Positions 1-13,400 are shown, numbered from the whole stretch's first letter. The stretch is DNA of 45,668 bases, filler included, from Jimgerdemannia flammicorona (GCA_003990765.1; 2 parts of 2 records of this genome joined end to end with filler, not necessarily neighbours in it); one strand, 5' to 3'. The notes: generated by a model not told the origin, from the sequence alone. A program made the numbers and translations.

Positions 1-975
1 TTTTTAACAGACTCAATGTCCCATAGATTTTTATTGGAAGGGAACCTAGACTATATAGGCCAAAACCCTTCCCCACCACCCATCAAGCACTGCTCCCCCA
101 TTAACCTAGGCTAGCTATTGTCCAGTAGCTCAACCATACTAGATGCAGTAGGGCCTATATAACCTGCATCTCATTCTGTGCACCATGCTCTTCCTACCAC
201 CAGGGGAAACCCAACCATATGCCAATGACCAAAAGCATATACCCAAGAACCCAACATATGTATAAGGCCATGCTTGAGCTGAATAGAATAGCCCCTACCA
301 CCTCAAAGAGAATGACAGGCAAAGAAAAACCCTCATCAAAGCACAACATGGTGGGTAGGACCTGGTTCTCCCAGTTGAGATGAGTAAAGGACTTATACGA
401 GACCCCCAATACCCTACTACTCAAGTCTGTGGGCCTCGATCACATTGCCATGTCAGCTCCTAGTTCCATTTGAGTGCAGCCAAGACATCTGAAATGGGTA
501 GCCTTGGGCCCCCCAATCCCCTCTGATGACCAGGGCCTAACCTGCCAACCCACCAAAAGAAGTCAAGAGTGTCACCTACTACCTAACCATACTATATACA
601 CCAATCAAAAGGCCTCACTGAAGCAGCACCCACCCCAGCCCCAATGACTGCCCCAGCCTGGCACCCTACTGGTTTACTGTTATCACCCTTCCTCCTATCT
701 ATGATGGCCATCTCTCCTCCCATCCTGACAATACCCGAAAAGCAGTCATCTATACCAGAATCATACTCACTGGGAAGCTTGCCAAAGCCAGAGGGCCCCA
801 CCATAGGTACTGAGGACCTGTAGGTAACCTACACTGAGCACTTGATGTCCAAGGTCAGCTGACTCCCTATGTAGCCTGAGACATACTGAGACACCACCTT
901 GTTAGTGATGGCAAAAGGAAGAAGGCACCACACCAAAATGGATGCACTCCAGACACAGCCAAAGGTACCAGAAAC
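1..975 (-). mobile_element. 5'-truncated poly(A)-tailed non-LTR retroelement fragment (second, divergent LINE-like family), copy 1
   Basis: Reverse complement of ~21601-22585. Minus strand ends AATAAA..GGACATTGAGTCTGTT-poly(A) at the window start. Broken translation (HPFWCGAF, LWWGPLALASFPV, FDWCI..FFWWVG) weakly resembles an L1 ORF2 C-terminus. Confidence 0.6.
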
Positions 976-2559
976 CTCAAGAGGACTGTGGAGTGGTATG
1001 AGGAGCATTCTGGAGCTAAGCTGAATTGGCATAAGTGTGAGATGATGGTGCTTGGGAATGGCCTGGTGGGAGGGGAGGTTATAGGAACAATTGTCCCCAC
1101 CGGTGAAGCCGTGCAGTACTTAGGAATCTACTTGACAGTCTATGGGTCAGTTCTGCCCAAGCTCTGGTGGGAGCAGAGGATTGGCATCTGGGAGGAGGCT
1201 CTGTGGAGTTGGGGGGGAAGACATTTTTCTCTGGCAGAGCAGGTCTCAATTTTGAATGTCTACTGGCTGCCAAAGTTGTGGTACCTGGCGTATCATCTGG
1301 ACTTCCCAGCCTGGGTAGTGAAGAGATTGATGAAGTCGGCAAGGGATGGATTTGGGCTGGCAGGCAGAGTCAGATTAGTTGGGAGACCTTGTCCCTACCA
1401 GTGGCAAGAGGCAGTCTTGGGCTGGTTGACTTCCCAAAATGGTTACACTGCTTGAGAGCATGGTGGCTGAAGAGGGCAGTGGAGTTGAGAGGAGGTGGAT
1501 GGGTTCCTCTGTTACAGAAGATATGGGAGAGGTGGGCATCGCCAAGGGGCTCAACTGGTGATCTCCTCTCCTTGGTTGGGCTTCAGAACACTGCCCAACT
1601 ATGATATAAAGGATTTTGGTGGGGAATTGCAGAAGGAGCGCACCACATTGGCATTCATTGGCAGGGGAATGAAGGTGAGGAGGATTGGGACCTGGCGATG
1701 TGGAGATGGGACCGAATACTGCTGTATGGTGCTCCTTTAGTTGAGTTCGACATTGGTGATAGAATGGAATGCCAAAGGGGACCAGGCCTGGATCTGTGGC
1801 CTAGTGGTTGGCAAGGAGTTGGAATTGGTGAAGAGTGGAACTGGTATGGTGTTTGGACCTGGAGCGCTGCAGTGAGAGCTTGGCTGCCACCAAAGTACTG
1901 GGTGGTCTGGTGGCGCATGCTGCAGAGGAACATTATGCTCAATTTTCACTCAGGGCACCTGGTTGTAGGGGGTTGCTTCGACTGTGAGGAGTGCCATAAT
2001 GTAGGGCAGGAGGGGGGTTACGTACAGATACCGGAACATTGGCTAGGAGAGTGTGAGGTGTTGGGGGATTTTTGGCGGACAATTGGGGATCGCTTAGGAG
2101 TATGGGGTAGGAGTGATGAAGTACAGAGGCGATGGGAGGACCTGAGGGTTAGATTGGTAGGGGGGATAGGGCAGGAGTGGCTTACTTTAGGTTGGGCTTT
2201 GGCAATTTGGGTGGGGTTGGCCAGTCATTGGCTATTTGTTTTTGAGGATGGGAGGAGGCAGAGCTTGGGGGACCGGCTGCTGCGATGGCATAGGCTTATG
2301 GAAGATACCTTAACAGGCTGGTGGCTGGGCTGGGGGATGCAGGGTGGTCGGAGGTGCCACTTGGTGGAGAAAATCTGTGGGCAAAGTGGGGGGAGAGTGG
2401 GGGTCATTGGTGAAAGGGTGATTTTCATTCGTGAGGAAGTAGGGAGGGGCCCCCTGGTGGGGATTGGGTAGTGGGTCAGAATGATGTATAATTATTCATA
2501 GACTGGTAATAAAGGCAGAGTCCAAGTGACTATAAAAAAAAAAAAAAAAAAAAAAAAAA
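976..2559 (+). mobile_element. L1/Tx1-like LINE, 3' portion (end of RT to C-terminal Zn finger, 3'UTR, poly(A))
   Basis: Peptides SGAKLNWHKCE, QYLGIYL, LNVYWLPKLWY, LGLVDF, CEEC..EHWLGEC. AATAAA 2508-2513, poly(A) 2534-2559. Homologous to LINEs at 10289 and 37521. Confidence 0.93.
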
Positions 2560-5110
2560 TAAGAAGACCATGATAGTAGAAGATATTGTCAAACAAAAGT
2601 GTGGCTATGTCTGGTGCTGTTGCAGTAGTAGTAGTTGGTATAAAGTGGGCTTGTTTGCTGAGATAGTCTATGAAGACAACAATTGTATCTTTTCTATTCT
2701 TAGTTTGGGATAGTTGTATAATGAAGTTCATAGAGATTTATTTCCAATTAGTAGATGGTATTGGGATGGTGTAAAGTAGATCAGGTTTTGCTAGTGTTGA
2801 GGACTTGTTGTGTTAGCAGACATTACAGGAAGTGATGTAGGTCTTTAGCTGATCTGCTATGTAGGGCCAATAGAAGTTTTGGGAGATAACTTTATAGTAT
2901 TTATCAAATTCTAAATGTTTAGCTGTAGGGGCATCATGACATTCAAATAGGATAGTTCTTCAGAGGTCTTGGTTGTTTGGAACATACAATCTATCCTTAT
3001 AATAGATTATATTATTCTTCAGTTAGTATTGATGATACTGAGTATACTTATTAGCATTGTCACTGCTTAGAATTTCTTAGAGTGCTTGATCTTCTTTATT
3101 ATCAATATATACTGTGATAATTTGTTCTATGATAGAGTTTATAACCAAGGTGAGGGTTTGGATAACTTTTTCAATTAGTGGTCTGGAGATTGCATTAGCA
3201 ATAGTATTTTCCTTACCAGAGTGATACTAGATTTTATAGTCAAAGTTAGTGAGAACTTTCATCCATCTGACTTGCTTTCAGAAAAGAGTAGCCTGGGTCT
3301 TGATGTTGACTAATAACTTGTGGTCAGTCAATATGGTGAAGTATACTTCTTTTAGGTATGGTCACTATTTGATCAGAGTATCTATGATGACTAACATTTC
3401 CTTCTCATGAGTTATATAGTTGATTTCAGCATCATTGAACTTTCAAAAGTGATAGGCCACATGGTGTCCTTCTTGTATGAGTACTGCTCCAAGGGCTAGG
3501 TCAGAGGCATCAGTAGTAACTTTGTATAGTAGAGCAGAGTTTGCTACTTGAAGTACTGGAGTGGTTATCAAGGCATCCTTTAGTACTTAAAAGGTGGTAT
3601 CTTTCTCAGGTCTCCAATTTACAAGATTGTTGAAGTCTTTTTCTTATTTCATAGTTCAGAGCTGTTCTTCTTTCTTATTATATTTGGTCATTTGGGTAAG
3701 GACAGTAGTGATCTTGGCAAAGTTGGTAACAAATCATCTATAATAGTTTGTTAATCTCAGGAATGACTGGAGATCCTTTAGCTTCTTAGGTCTGGGCCAT
3801 TCCTTAATTGCAGAAATTTTGCTGGGGTCCACTTTGATTCTATTCAGTATGATAATATATTTAAAGAATTGAATTTATTTCAGGAGAAATTCACATTTAC
3901 TAAGTTTTGCAAAGAGTTGGTTTTCTCAGAGTTTCAGTAGTACTAGCTCAAGGTATTCAAGATATTTCTCCAGAGTTTTGCTGAAGACCAGTATGTTATT
4001 AATGTAAATAATAACAAATTTATTCAGATATGGATGCAGGATAGTATTCATCAGAGTCTGAAAGGTTGCAGAAGCATTAGTTAAGCCAAAAGGCATAACC
4101 AGAAACTTGAAGTGTCCATAGTGAGTTTGGAAGGCTGTCTTGTAGATGTCTTCTTCTTCATGACAATTTGCCAGTACCTATTTTGCAGGTCAAAAGAGCT
4201 TATGAATTGTGGGTTGGTAAGTCTATCAAATATTTCATCAATTCTGGATAGTGGGCAATAGTTCTTGATGATCTGTTCGTTGAGATCATGGTAATCAATA
4301 TATATTTGTAGGTCTCTTCCTTTCTTTACCACAAAGAGAACTGGTGTACCATAGGGTAATATACTGGGTCTAATGAATTCTTGTTCTAGGAGTTCATCAA
4401 TTTCTTTCTTGAGTATATTGATTTCTCTCAGAGATATATGGTAGATTGACTTGAAGACTGGCTTGGTATTTGGGATGGTCTTGATGGCATGGTCTACTGC
4501 TTGTTTAGGAGATAGGTCTTTCAGAAGTTTTTTTTGGGAATATGTCTCAGAATTTCTAGAGTAGGGGTCTAACATGGCTGTCCACTTTGGAGAAGTCTTC
4601 TTCAGAGTTCTTGGGTTCTCCTTTAGATGGGTGGATGGAGATGGCAAAGAGAGGGCACTTCTTGGCTAATTTCTTAAGCTATAGCTTGTTGATATGGGTA
4701 ATCTTTGGTCCAGAGTTACTAGAGCTGAGTGGGTCTTTTTCATCTTGCAGTTTGAAGTTGTGGTGTCCTTTCTTGATAGTCAGAGAATGGTTTACCCAAT
4801 CAATCATAGAGTTCTCTTATTTCAACTATGGGGTTCTAAGAATGATTTCATTATTAGAAAGTAGTACAATCTGGAGAGTAACATATACTCAATAGTCACT
4901 AATTTGGAAGAGCAGGTTGCAGACTTTCTTGCTAATAATATGGGAGATTCCATCAGCTATAGCAACTGCTTGAGTTTGTTGTACCAGAGATATCAGGACC
5001 TTGAGTCTGTTGGCTGTTTCTTCATTAATAAAGTTGCCTGAGATACCACTGTCTATCATAATCTTGATAAGTACTCAGTTGACAAAAGCTTGAAGTGTAA
5101 GTAGTTTATC
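2560..5110 (-). pseudogene. pol: Gypsy A pol remnant: protease (~4760-5110), RT (~3800-4520), RNase H (~3170-3800), integrase (2560-~3170)
   Basis: IMIDSGISGNFI (protease); [26 protein letters not shown] (RT); TTDASDLALGAVL (RNase H); IVVFIDYLSKQAHFIPT..FYYHGL (integrase). Confidence 0.92.
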
Positions 5111-5319
5111 TAATCTAATAGTAGTAATTTCAGTTATAGGAGCTTTCCTTCTATTAGTTCTTCTTTGAGCCAGTTCATTGACACAAAAGAAGCAATCATC
5201 AATCATTTAGGAAGGGTACATTCCAATGCTATAGGGACATCAGTCACTTGGTATATATCTGTCTTTGATTTTCTTATAGAATTATTCTTCTTTGTTCATA
5301 GTAGATTGGGCTGGAGCCT

Positions 5320-5735
5320 TGTTTGATGAGCCAAATCCTTTAGATCCTTGGATGGTAGATAGTAGTTCAGAGACTTCCTTGACTATTAGGGTTGACTCAA
5401 TTTTCTCAAATAGGATCTGAGCAATACAGAAATCAATAGAGATCTTGAAGAGTGTCCAATTATAGTTTCAGATGAGGATAATAATTTTGCTTGTATAATC
5501 TTCATCAATGACTCCTCCTTCTACTGAGAGTTCTTTCAATGCTAAGCTGCTGTAACAGTATATTATTTCAATATGTCCTTCAGAGATTTGGATACTGATT
5601 TCTGTATAGACTTACTTAATCTCTCAGTTGGAAACTATAGCTTCTTTGGCTGCATACAGGTCATATCCAGCTGCCTTTTGACTTCCTTTACTTGGGGTCT
5701 TGACAGTTTGTCTTAACTTGATAAAGTTCAATGTC
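5320..5735 (-). pseudogene. dut: dUTPase domain of Gypsy A, between nucleocapsid and protease
   Basis: Minus-strand translation shows trimeric dUTPase motifs AAGYDLYA, SSLALK-VEGGVIDEDY and QGSKGFGSS; the last is in frame with the downstream protease. Confidence 0.9.
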
Positions 5736-5799
5736 TTGGTAATCAGATTGTTGAGATGGTATAGAGTAGTAATAGTTGCTTATATTGTTGTTTGGAGTT

Positions 5800-6720
5800 T
5801 TTGATTGGGATAGGTACTGGCTATGTATCCTGTCTTTTAGAAATAAAAGCATACTCTGCTTCCTCAAAGTTCATTCCTTTCTCCTTCAGTAAGTTTCTTA
5901 AAGGTACTCAGCTGGGTGAGTTCATGATTTCAGAGTGTCTATGAGGTAGATGTTGAGGGAGCTCAGGATGCTTCATGCTTGAGTTCTTCTTTCTTAGTCT
6001 AAGTCTTTTCCTTATTGTTGAATTGTCTTCAGGGCAGAATTGGTCCAGCTGTTAGAATTTACTTAACCATAGTCTTAATTCTTACCAGATATCATTGTTG
6101 GTGATCATAACCAACTAAGCATCCTTGTTCTTGAATTTTTCTTATAAGCCATTCAGGTAGTGCATTGAATAGATGGTCTGCTCTTATACCATTTCATACT
6201 TCATCATTGGTAATATATCTTAGGCCAACAGTGTTCAGGAGTGACTTGAGTTTTGTACAGAAGGTTTTGAATTCTTCCTTGCCATATATATTGAATTTGA
6301 GGTTGCAGAGTTTTACTTAAGATTTGGCAATCATGGTTTTGCTGTAGTATTGAGCAATTATGAGTTGTTTCAGTCTAGGGGCTGCAGAATGGACTCTATA
6401 TCCTGGAGCATTATTTGCTATATTTTGAGTAACTACTGCAGGTTGGGTATCTCATATAAGGAGTTTTTCAGAAAGGATTTGGCATCATTCTTCAGCAGGT
6501 CCTCAGAAGAATGTAACAACTCAATGGACATAAGCTATAGTAGTAGCAAAGAGTTATTCCAGAGTGTGGTCTTGATTGTTTGTCAGAAGGTAGTCAGTAA
6601 CTTTCTCATTGGTCCATTGATTGGCTTCAAAGTTGGTGTCAACTATACTAATAAAGCTTTGGACTTCTTGTGCAGTACTATTGAAGATAGGTAGGCTCAG
6701 ATTTTTGATAGATCAGGTTT
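5800..6720 (-). pseudogene. gag: Gypsy A gag with CCHC zinc-knuckle remnant
   Basis: LPIFNSTAQEVQSFI capsid-like start. Knuckle reads CFYF*KTGYIASTYP at ~5810-5852 (decayed CX2CX4HX4C). Confidence 0.75.
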
Positions 6721-8529
6721 GTTCAGCTAAGGTAGTAATGGTTGCTGCTATTATTACTACCTGGACTATAAGGTCTAGAATCTGTTAGTTTGCCATATTG
6801 TTTGCTGAAGGCAGTTAGACTGCTAGTAGTGATGTTACTAGTACTACTTGAGGTACTGGTACAGAGTGTGATAGAGTTCTTTGGGTCTGTGTAAGTTGCT
6901 AAAGTAGTAGTTGTAGGTCTGGAGTGAGGGCTCAATAAATAGCTATTTGTTGCTGTGTAGGTGTATTCTGTCCTGATGGAGGTGCATCTCCTTCAGTAGT
7001 ATGTTCAGGATCAAAGTTACTAAGATACTCCTCCTCTTCTTCAGCTTGGTCCCTGTGTAGTTGAGTTTGCTCAGCATTAAAGTAGATATAATCAGTTATA
7101 TATCTGATTTCAAATAGACTTAATTCAACGTCAAGTTCTGGTTTAGTATTGATTTCAGGTTCAGGTAGAGCTGTAGCAGGGCCTGCTTCTGATTTGGGGT
7201 CAGGTTATTGGCAGAGAGTTTCCCTTACTTCTTCCTTAAGAATATAGCAGGCCTTACAATTCTGGAATCAATAGTATAATACAGTCTTGGTCCTAGTCTA
7301 GTAAAAGTCAGTAGAGTTGAGCCACTTGGCTATAGAGGCTTGGGCTTTATGAAGAACTAAGGCTAAAAAGACTGCTGCTGGTTGTTCTAGATTACTCAGA
7401 TTTGTAGAGCTGACAAAACTCTTATTGAGAAGAGTAAAGAAGACTTCTATAAGACCTTCTTTATCTTGACTTACTGGGTATAGTACAAGGAGTTCAATGT
7501 ATAGGGTTTTACCTATTTGCTAATTTAACTGAAGTACTTCTTTCTTTAAATGAAGTTTATCTACTTATTATAGGTGTAGAGGTTAAATTGTTCTTATACA
7601 TCAGGTTCAATTCTCTCTAGATTGTCAGATAGTTCAGGATAAATTCTAGTTCAGAGATTGGGCTTTATACTAACTTATAGGAATTCTCAGAGAGATTTAT
7701 AGCAGGGTAAGGAAGTATCTTGAAGTAGAATTAGATTGTAAACTGCTGCTACTAAGTTGTAAGAGAGTTACTTGTTAGGGTAACTATTACATAGTTTTGG
7801 GAGGGTTTTCTGAAAGTTCTGGATATTCTAGAAGACCATTTTCTTAAGGTCAAGATCAATTTTATATAGAGTATGTCCTCTATACTTGATTTCAAGATTG
7901 GGTTGACATCTCAACCAAAGTCCTTATTTGAACTAGTTCTGGATGTTTAGGATTTTCTATATTTCAGGAAGTTCAAAAAACTAAGACTAGCTTAGTTGAA
8001 TTGGCATATTTCTGCAGATAATACCCAATTAGGAAATTTCATAATAGGGTTAGGAGTGAGATCTAACAGAGAGCAGATTTACTTAAGAGTGGTTTGTGGG
8101 TTATCAAATAGGTTTATTTGCTATTTATAATATTATTATATTAGAAGTAGTTATATGAAGAGATATTGTGGGAAAGTGTTCAGAAATGTTCTTGTGTATT
8201 TAAGTTTCTAATTCTGAGGTCTGGGAGAGAGAGTATTTATACTAGTGAGGGGCTATCTGGACTATGCTAAATATAGATATAGCACTTAGTGTCTTGCTGA
8301 GTTAGAATATAGTCATATAGTATAAGTGTAATCTGATATGTCAAGAAATCATCTGACTGCTGAGTTAGTTTACAGTCATATCATACAAAGCTAATTTAAC
8401 TATACTATAACTGCTAAGCTATCTATAAATTTAAATGTTATCTGGGTAGTCTTCAATGACATCACTATTAATGACATCATCTCTAATAAAGTAGTCATCT
8501 AGAAAGAGTTGTTTGCAGATTAATTCTCC

Positions 8530-9493
8530 TTATTCACTGAGGTAATAATACATTGAGACTTCATCACCATCTCACAAGATAGCATCATCTGTCTTGTATG
8601 CTGAATAAGGTGTTAGTGAATGAAGAAGGGGTATATTGTCTTCACTTTCATTAGATTTGTCATCTGCATATCTCCTATAAGTTACAGTACTATGAGTTAC
8701 TAGGTTGTAGTAAGCTGGTGGCTATGGTTTATGTTGTTTATACTTAGGTAGTGGAGTTGTTGGTTTGATCTCAAGGGTTGTCTGGAGATATAGATTATAT
8801 TCTCTGATTTCTTCATTATAGTTGAAATAATCAGAAGTGAATACAGGTTGGTACTCATGCCAGTAATCATTGTCTCAATAAGTTTTATAGGTAGTTATAA
8901 ACTGTTGTAAGTTCATCAGCAAGGTTGGCAGTGTAATCAGGGTTGGTGGTATGATCAGAGTTAGCAGAGATCCTTGGCTTGAGGTCATGTTGGCATCAGA
9001 GGGATCATTGTCTTCTGCTTTATCTTTATCAAATTAGATTATATCATAGATGTCTTTTATAGTATATCTGACTTGAGGCATTTGTAGGATATGGTCATTG
9101 GAGTTCTGTCTGTAGTCTGAACATACTTGAGATACTTATGGTTGAGTTCTTGTATCATATCATCTATTTGGCCATAGGACAGGATAGTGATCATATCAGC
9201 TATAGTAACTCAGAGGTAGAGAATAACAGTACTATACTTATAGAAGAGTTCTCGATATTTGTGAGCAATGAGTTTCTAGTATTGAGACATCTGAGTAATG
9301 TCTGTATTATAGTAGTGTTTGACCATATCTTCTAGAAAGCAGCCAATCTGGTAGTAGCTTGAGATTTGTCTGATTTGGTGGGCTTTACTAAATATATTCA
9401 GAATATTCCATCAGGCTTTCATGAAGTAGAGGGGTACTAAGCTATAGATATTCATAAGGGGTAGAGGGGGTGTAACTTAGTTGACAATGGCAT
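8530..9493 (-). pseudogene. Decayed ~320-codon ORF of unknown function inside the presumed 5' LTR of Gypsy A
   Basis: ATG at 9493 after a TATA-like run (9614-9624) and an A/C-rich leader. Long stretches with few stops (LEDMVKHYYNTDITQMSQY*KLIAHKYRELF; DYWHEYQPVFTSDYFNYNEEIREY) ending TAA ~8530. AATAAA downstream at ~8113-8118. Inner LTR boundary unresolved. Confidence 0.5.
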
Positions 9494-10285
9494 TTCAAAT
9501 GTCAGTATAGATATAGTTGTAGATCTCAGTGGTTATGTTTTATATATATTCAGAAGTTGGGGTTATTTGCTTGATTTGTTTGGTTCTCTGTTTTGATATA
9601 TCTTGATACTCAGTATATATATATTTGGTCCTGATTGGTAAGATTCTGTTTGTATGAATCTTGTGTTCTATAACTTAAAGTTGACTCAGCTTTGTGTACT
9701 GTAACTTTGGTTTGACTCAGCTTCATGATCTTGCAGATGATTTCTAGATTTATTCAGGGGTCACATGTGATTTCAGTGGCTTGTTCAGAGGGTGATGTGT
9801 GATTTCAGTAGCTTAGAGGTTGTATGCTTACACCTATACAAGATAGAAGCAATTGAAGAATAGTCCATTCCATTGAACCTTACAGAACTCTGATCCTTCC
9901 TTAGTCTAGCTGGCTACTACTACTACTTTATCAGAAACTTCTCTAGCATTGCTGAGCCACTAACTAATCTTATAAGAAAGGCCCTGCACTTAGACTACTA
10001 TATACTCTATACCTGAGACCTTTTCTATCAACAAGCTTTTTAAGAACTCAAGAACTGCCTGATCTATGCTCTAGTTCTGTATAATGTAGATTAAGGTCTA
10101 AAATTCATGATCACTACTGATGCATCAAATTTTGCCATTAGAATAGTTTTGTTACAAGATGATGGCAAAGGACATCATCTTATTACTTTTGAGTCCTGCA
10201 AGTTAGCTCTGGCTGAATAAAAGCTAGCTACTCATAAGAAAGAACTACTAGTAATAATATATGCACTAGACTACTAGTGATGCTA

Positions 10286-10319
<34 letters not shown>

Positions 10320-10444
10320 GTCGCTTGGACTCCTTTATTCCACTAGTCTAGAAAGAGAACACTATCCATGTATCTCTATGATTACCTATAAACCAACAAT
10401 GAACCCAACCCATAACTATTTAAAATAATACAAAGAAGGACCAT

Positions 10445-13400
10445 TCAGCCCACTCCTTCTTTCCACCTCACCCCCTTCTCACCAAGTACAAGGTGGCCCC
10501 GACTTTACTGAACAATGTCTAATACCTTCTTCATGGCCCCCAACTGGTGCCTCTTCCCCTGATACCACCACCCTTGCACTACTTCCAAGAACAACCCCTT
10601 TCACTGCTCTACCAATTCTCCAATTCCCATCCAGGGATCCTTCTCGAACACCTATCACCAGTGCACCGCCATCAGTACCCAGATACCAATAATCCGACCC
10701 AGGCCTCCCCAGATGTCCCCAATTTCTCCCACCAGATGATGCTTGATCACCCGACAAGTGGAGCCCCCTGCCCGCTCACTCTCCTCCCCCCAATAACCTT
10801 CCAATGTCTGCCAAAATCCTTCAACCCCTGGACAGGCTGCCAGAACATGCTCCGGAGTCTGCACTACTCCCCCATCCAGCTCACAACACCACTCACATTC
10901 CTTCACACCTTCTTCCACCATCCACCCTGTCCTGTACCCCAGCATGATGTTCTTCTGCAGAAATCGCCACTATACCACCCAGAACTTGGGTGGAGTAATC
11001 TTGAGTAGCGAGGTCCCCCAGCCCCAAACCCGACCCCACTCCCATTCTTCTCCGAACCCAGCCTTCTGCCAACTGACCAGCCACCTCTCAAGTGGACCCA
11101 TCCGGATCCACTCCATCGCCCCAGACAAAGAGTATTCCACCAACAAGTGGCTGCCAATACGAATCACACCTAATTGCCACCATTGTCGATCTGGGTCCTC
11201 CTCCTCTTCGCCAGGTTCTGGGCCCATGAGACCCATTGCCAGCCAAGTTTCTACAATACCCCACCAAAATCCCCTATAATGTAACCTGCTAACCCTTCCA
11301 ACCTGGAGCAAACCTCACATGTCCTTTCGAGCCTCGCTCCGGGGGCAGAACCGAACTTCCCAATTGTCCATAGCCAGTTTGCTCCAACCCTCTCCTCCTA
11401 ATTCTGCCATTCGACAACCCCACCAGCCTCGAAGGACCTTTAGCCGCCTTCTGAAGTCCACCAACCCCAGACCTCCATCTGCCTTCACCATCACCATAAT
11501 TTCCCAGCTAATCTGCAATCTCCTTCCCTGCTACAGCTATCCTTCGATCACCTTCTTCAGCTTTTGAACCACCCATCCTGAAAAGTCCAGGTGGTACCCC
11601 AAGTACCACAGCTTCGGTAACCAATATACATTCAAAACTACAATCCTCCCAACCAAGGAGAAGCCCCTCCCAGACCAGCCCACCAAGGCATTCTCCCACT
11701 TCTGTATCATTCCACACCACCACTCTTTTGGCAGCACCATCCCATAAACTGAGAACCAGATGCCCAGATATCAAACTGCTTCTCCAGGTCGAACCAATTG
11801 CCCAAAATGTCCATGCTCCCCCAATCCAGCTCCAAGCTCCATAGTCTCACACTTGCCCCAGTTCAGCTTCACTCCTGCCAGCGTCTCATACTGTCCTACC
11901 CCTTTCTGTAAGCTCGCCACATCTTCCACACTGCCTAACCCTACTACCATATCGTCCACAAAGGCCCCCATCTTCCAGACCACATTTCCCATTTTCAATC
12001 CAGTAAGCCTCCCCTTCAACCATGCCAACAAGGGCTCCAAAGATAAAATGTAAAGCAGGGGTGAGAGAGGATCTCCCTGTGGCACACCTCACCCTAAGAG
12101 GAACTCCAGGCCACTCCACCCATTTATCAATACTGCCGCCTGGCAACCTCGCACCAGACCCATCAGCTTTTGAGCCTCCCCCATATCAAACCCGGCCTTC
12201 CATAGAACTGCCTCCAAGTAGTTCCACCACACCCTATCATAAGCCTTCTCCTGGTCCAAGAACAACATCCTTCCATCTACTTGCCAGCTTCGACAATCTT
12301 CCAAAACATTTTGCACCCATGCCATACTGTTTCTAATCTGCCTCCCCTTCACAAACCCTCGCTGTTCATCGCCCACCAATCAGCCAATCCATTGTTGCAT
12401 TCTCCCTGCCAGAATCTTGGAGACCAACTTCCTATCCACATTCAGTAACATGATGGGTCTCCAGTTCCGCCACACATGTCTGTCCCCTTTCTCCTTATAT
12501 AGCAGAGAGACTAGCCCTAAGGAGCCATTGCCAATCCAGCAGCCTTCCCCCAGTGTAAAGTTCGCCATTTCCACAAGCCATTCTCCAAGCTCAGTTTGAA
12601 ACTCCTTCCAGAACTCCCAAGGCAGTCCATTCTCCCCTGGCGATAAACCAGTCTGCACTTTCCTCAGAACCTCTAACACTTCTTCAAGAGACACCCTACC
12701 CATTACTGCCCCACCAATTGCTGGCTCTGCCACCACTGGCCAGCTGCCAACCAAATTGTTATTGTCCTCCAGTGCTGCCTCTCCCTCCACCAGCCCTCTA
12801 TCATCCTGCCATAGGGAGCACCATCGACCAGAAATCTCTCCAAGTATGTCTGTGATATCGGTCACCTCAGTGCCATCCTCCTGCAACACAGAGGCCCAGC
12901 TGTGCCTCACCCTCCTGGCCTTCAAGATGCCAGACAAGTATTTGGTGGGTCGCTCTCCTTCTTCCAACCGCTTGGCTCGCAATCTTGCCAGCAACCCATC
13001 CACCACCCTATCTTCTGCAGCCTTCAAATCCGACTGCAACTCTGCCACCTCCTTGATTAACAGGGAGCGCCATTCCTCTGAGGGGTTCTCCCCCTCTAAA
13101 AGTCTCAACTGCCAGTGTAGCCCCTGCTCTACTCTCCTCTCTCTATCCTTCTGCTCCCTTCCCACTACCTCTCCTACATTATGCCAGTATGCACCTGCCA
13201 GATGTTTAAATTTCCCCCACCACTGTGCTATTGACTGGCCACTATTCCTCCACTGTACCACTTCCTGTCTAGCAATTTTAACAAACTGGTCTCACTCCAC
13301 CTGTCTCTTGAGTAGTGCCACATTAAGTCGCCATCTGCCTCCACCACCACTGGTCGCCTGGAATCTTCCACACACCTCTACACCCCAGTGATCTGACCAG

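Larger units (their letters stand above)
2560..9832 (-). mobile_element. Ty3/Gypsy LTR retrotransposon A (degenerate): 5'LTR-gag-ZnK-dUTPase-Cys module-PR-RT-RH-IN, integrase interrupted by the LINE
   Basis: Minus strand begins TGTAAG at 9832, directly beside Gypsy C pol. Domain motifs are recognisable in Gypsy order despite many TAA/TAG/TGA stops. Confidence 0.9.

Noticed and set aside
978..991. Similarity to 2560-2573 as a TSD for the first LINE
   Set aside because: 5 of 14 mismatches, and the sequence is explained as LINE coding (LKRTVEW).
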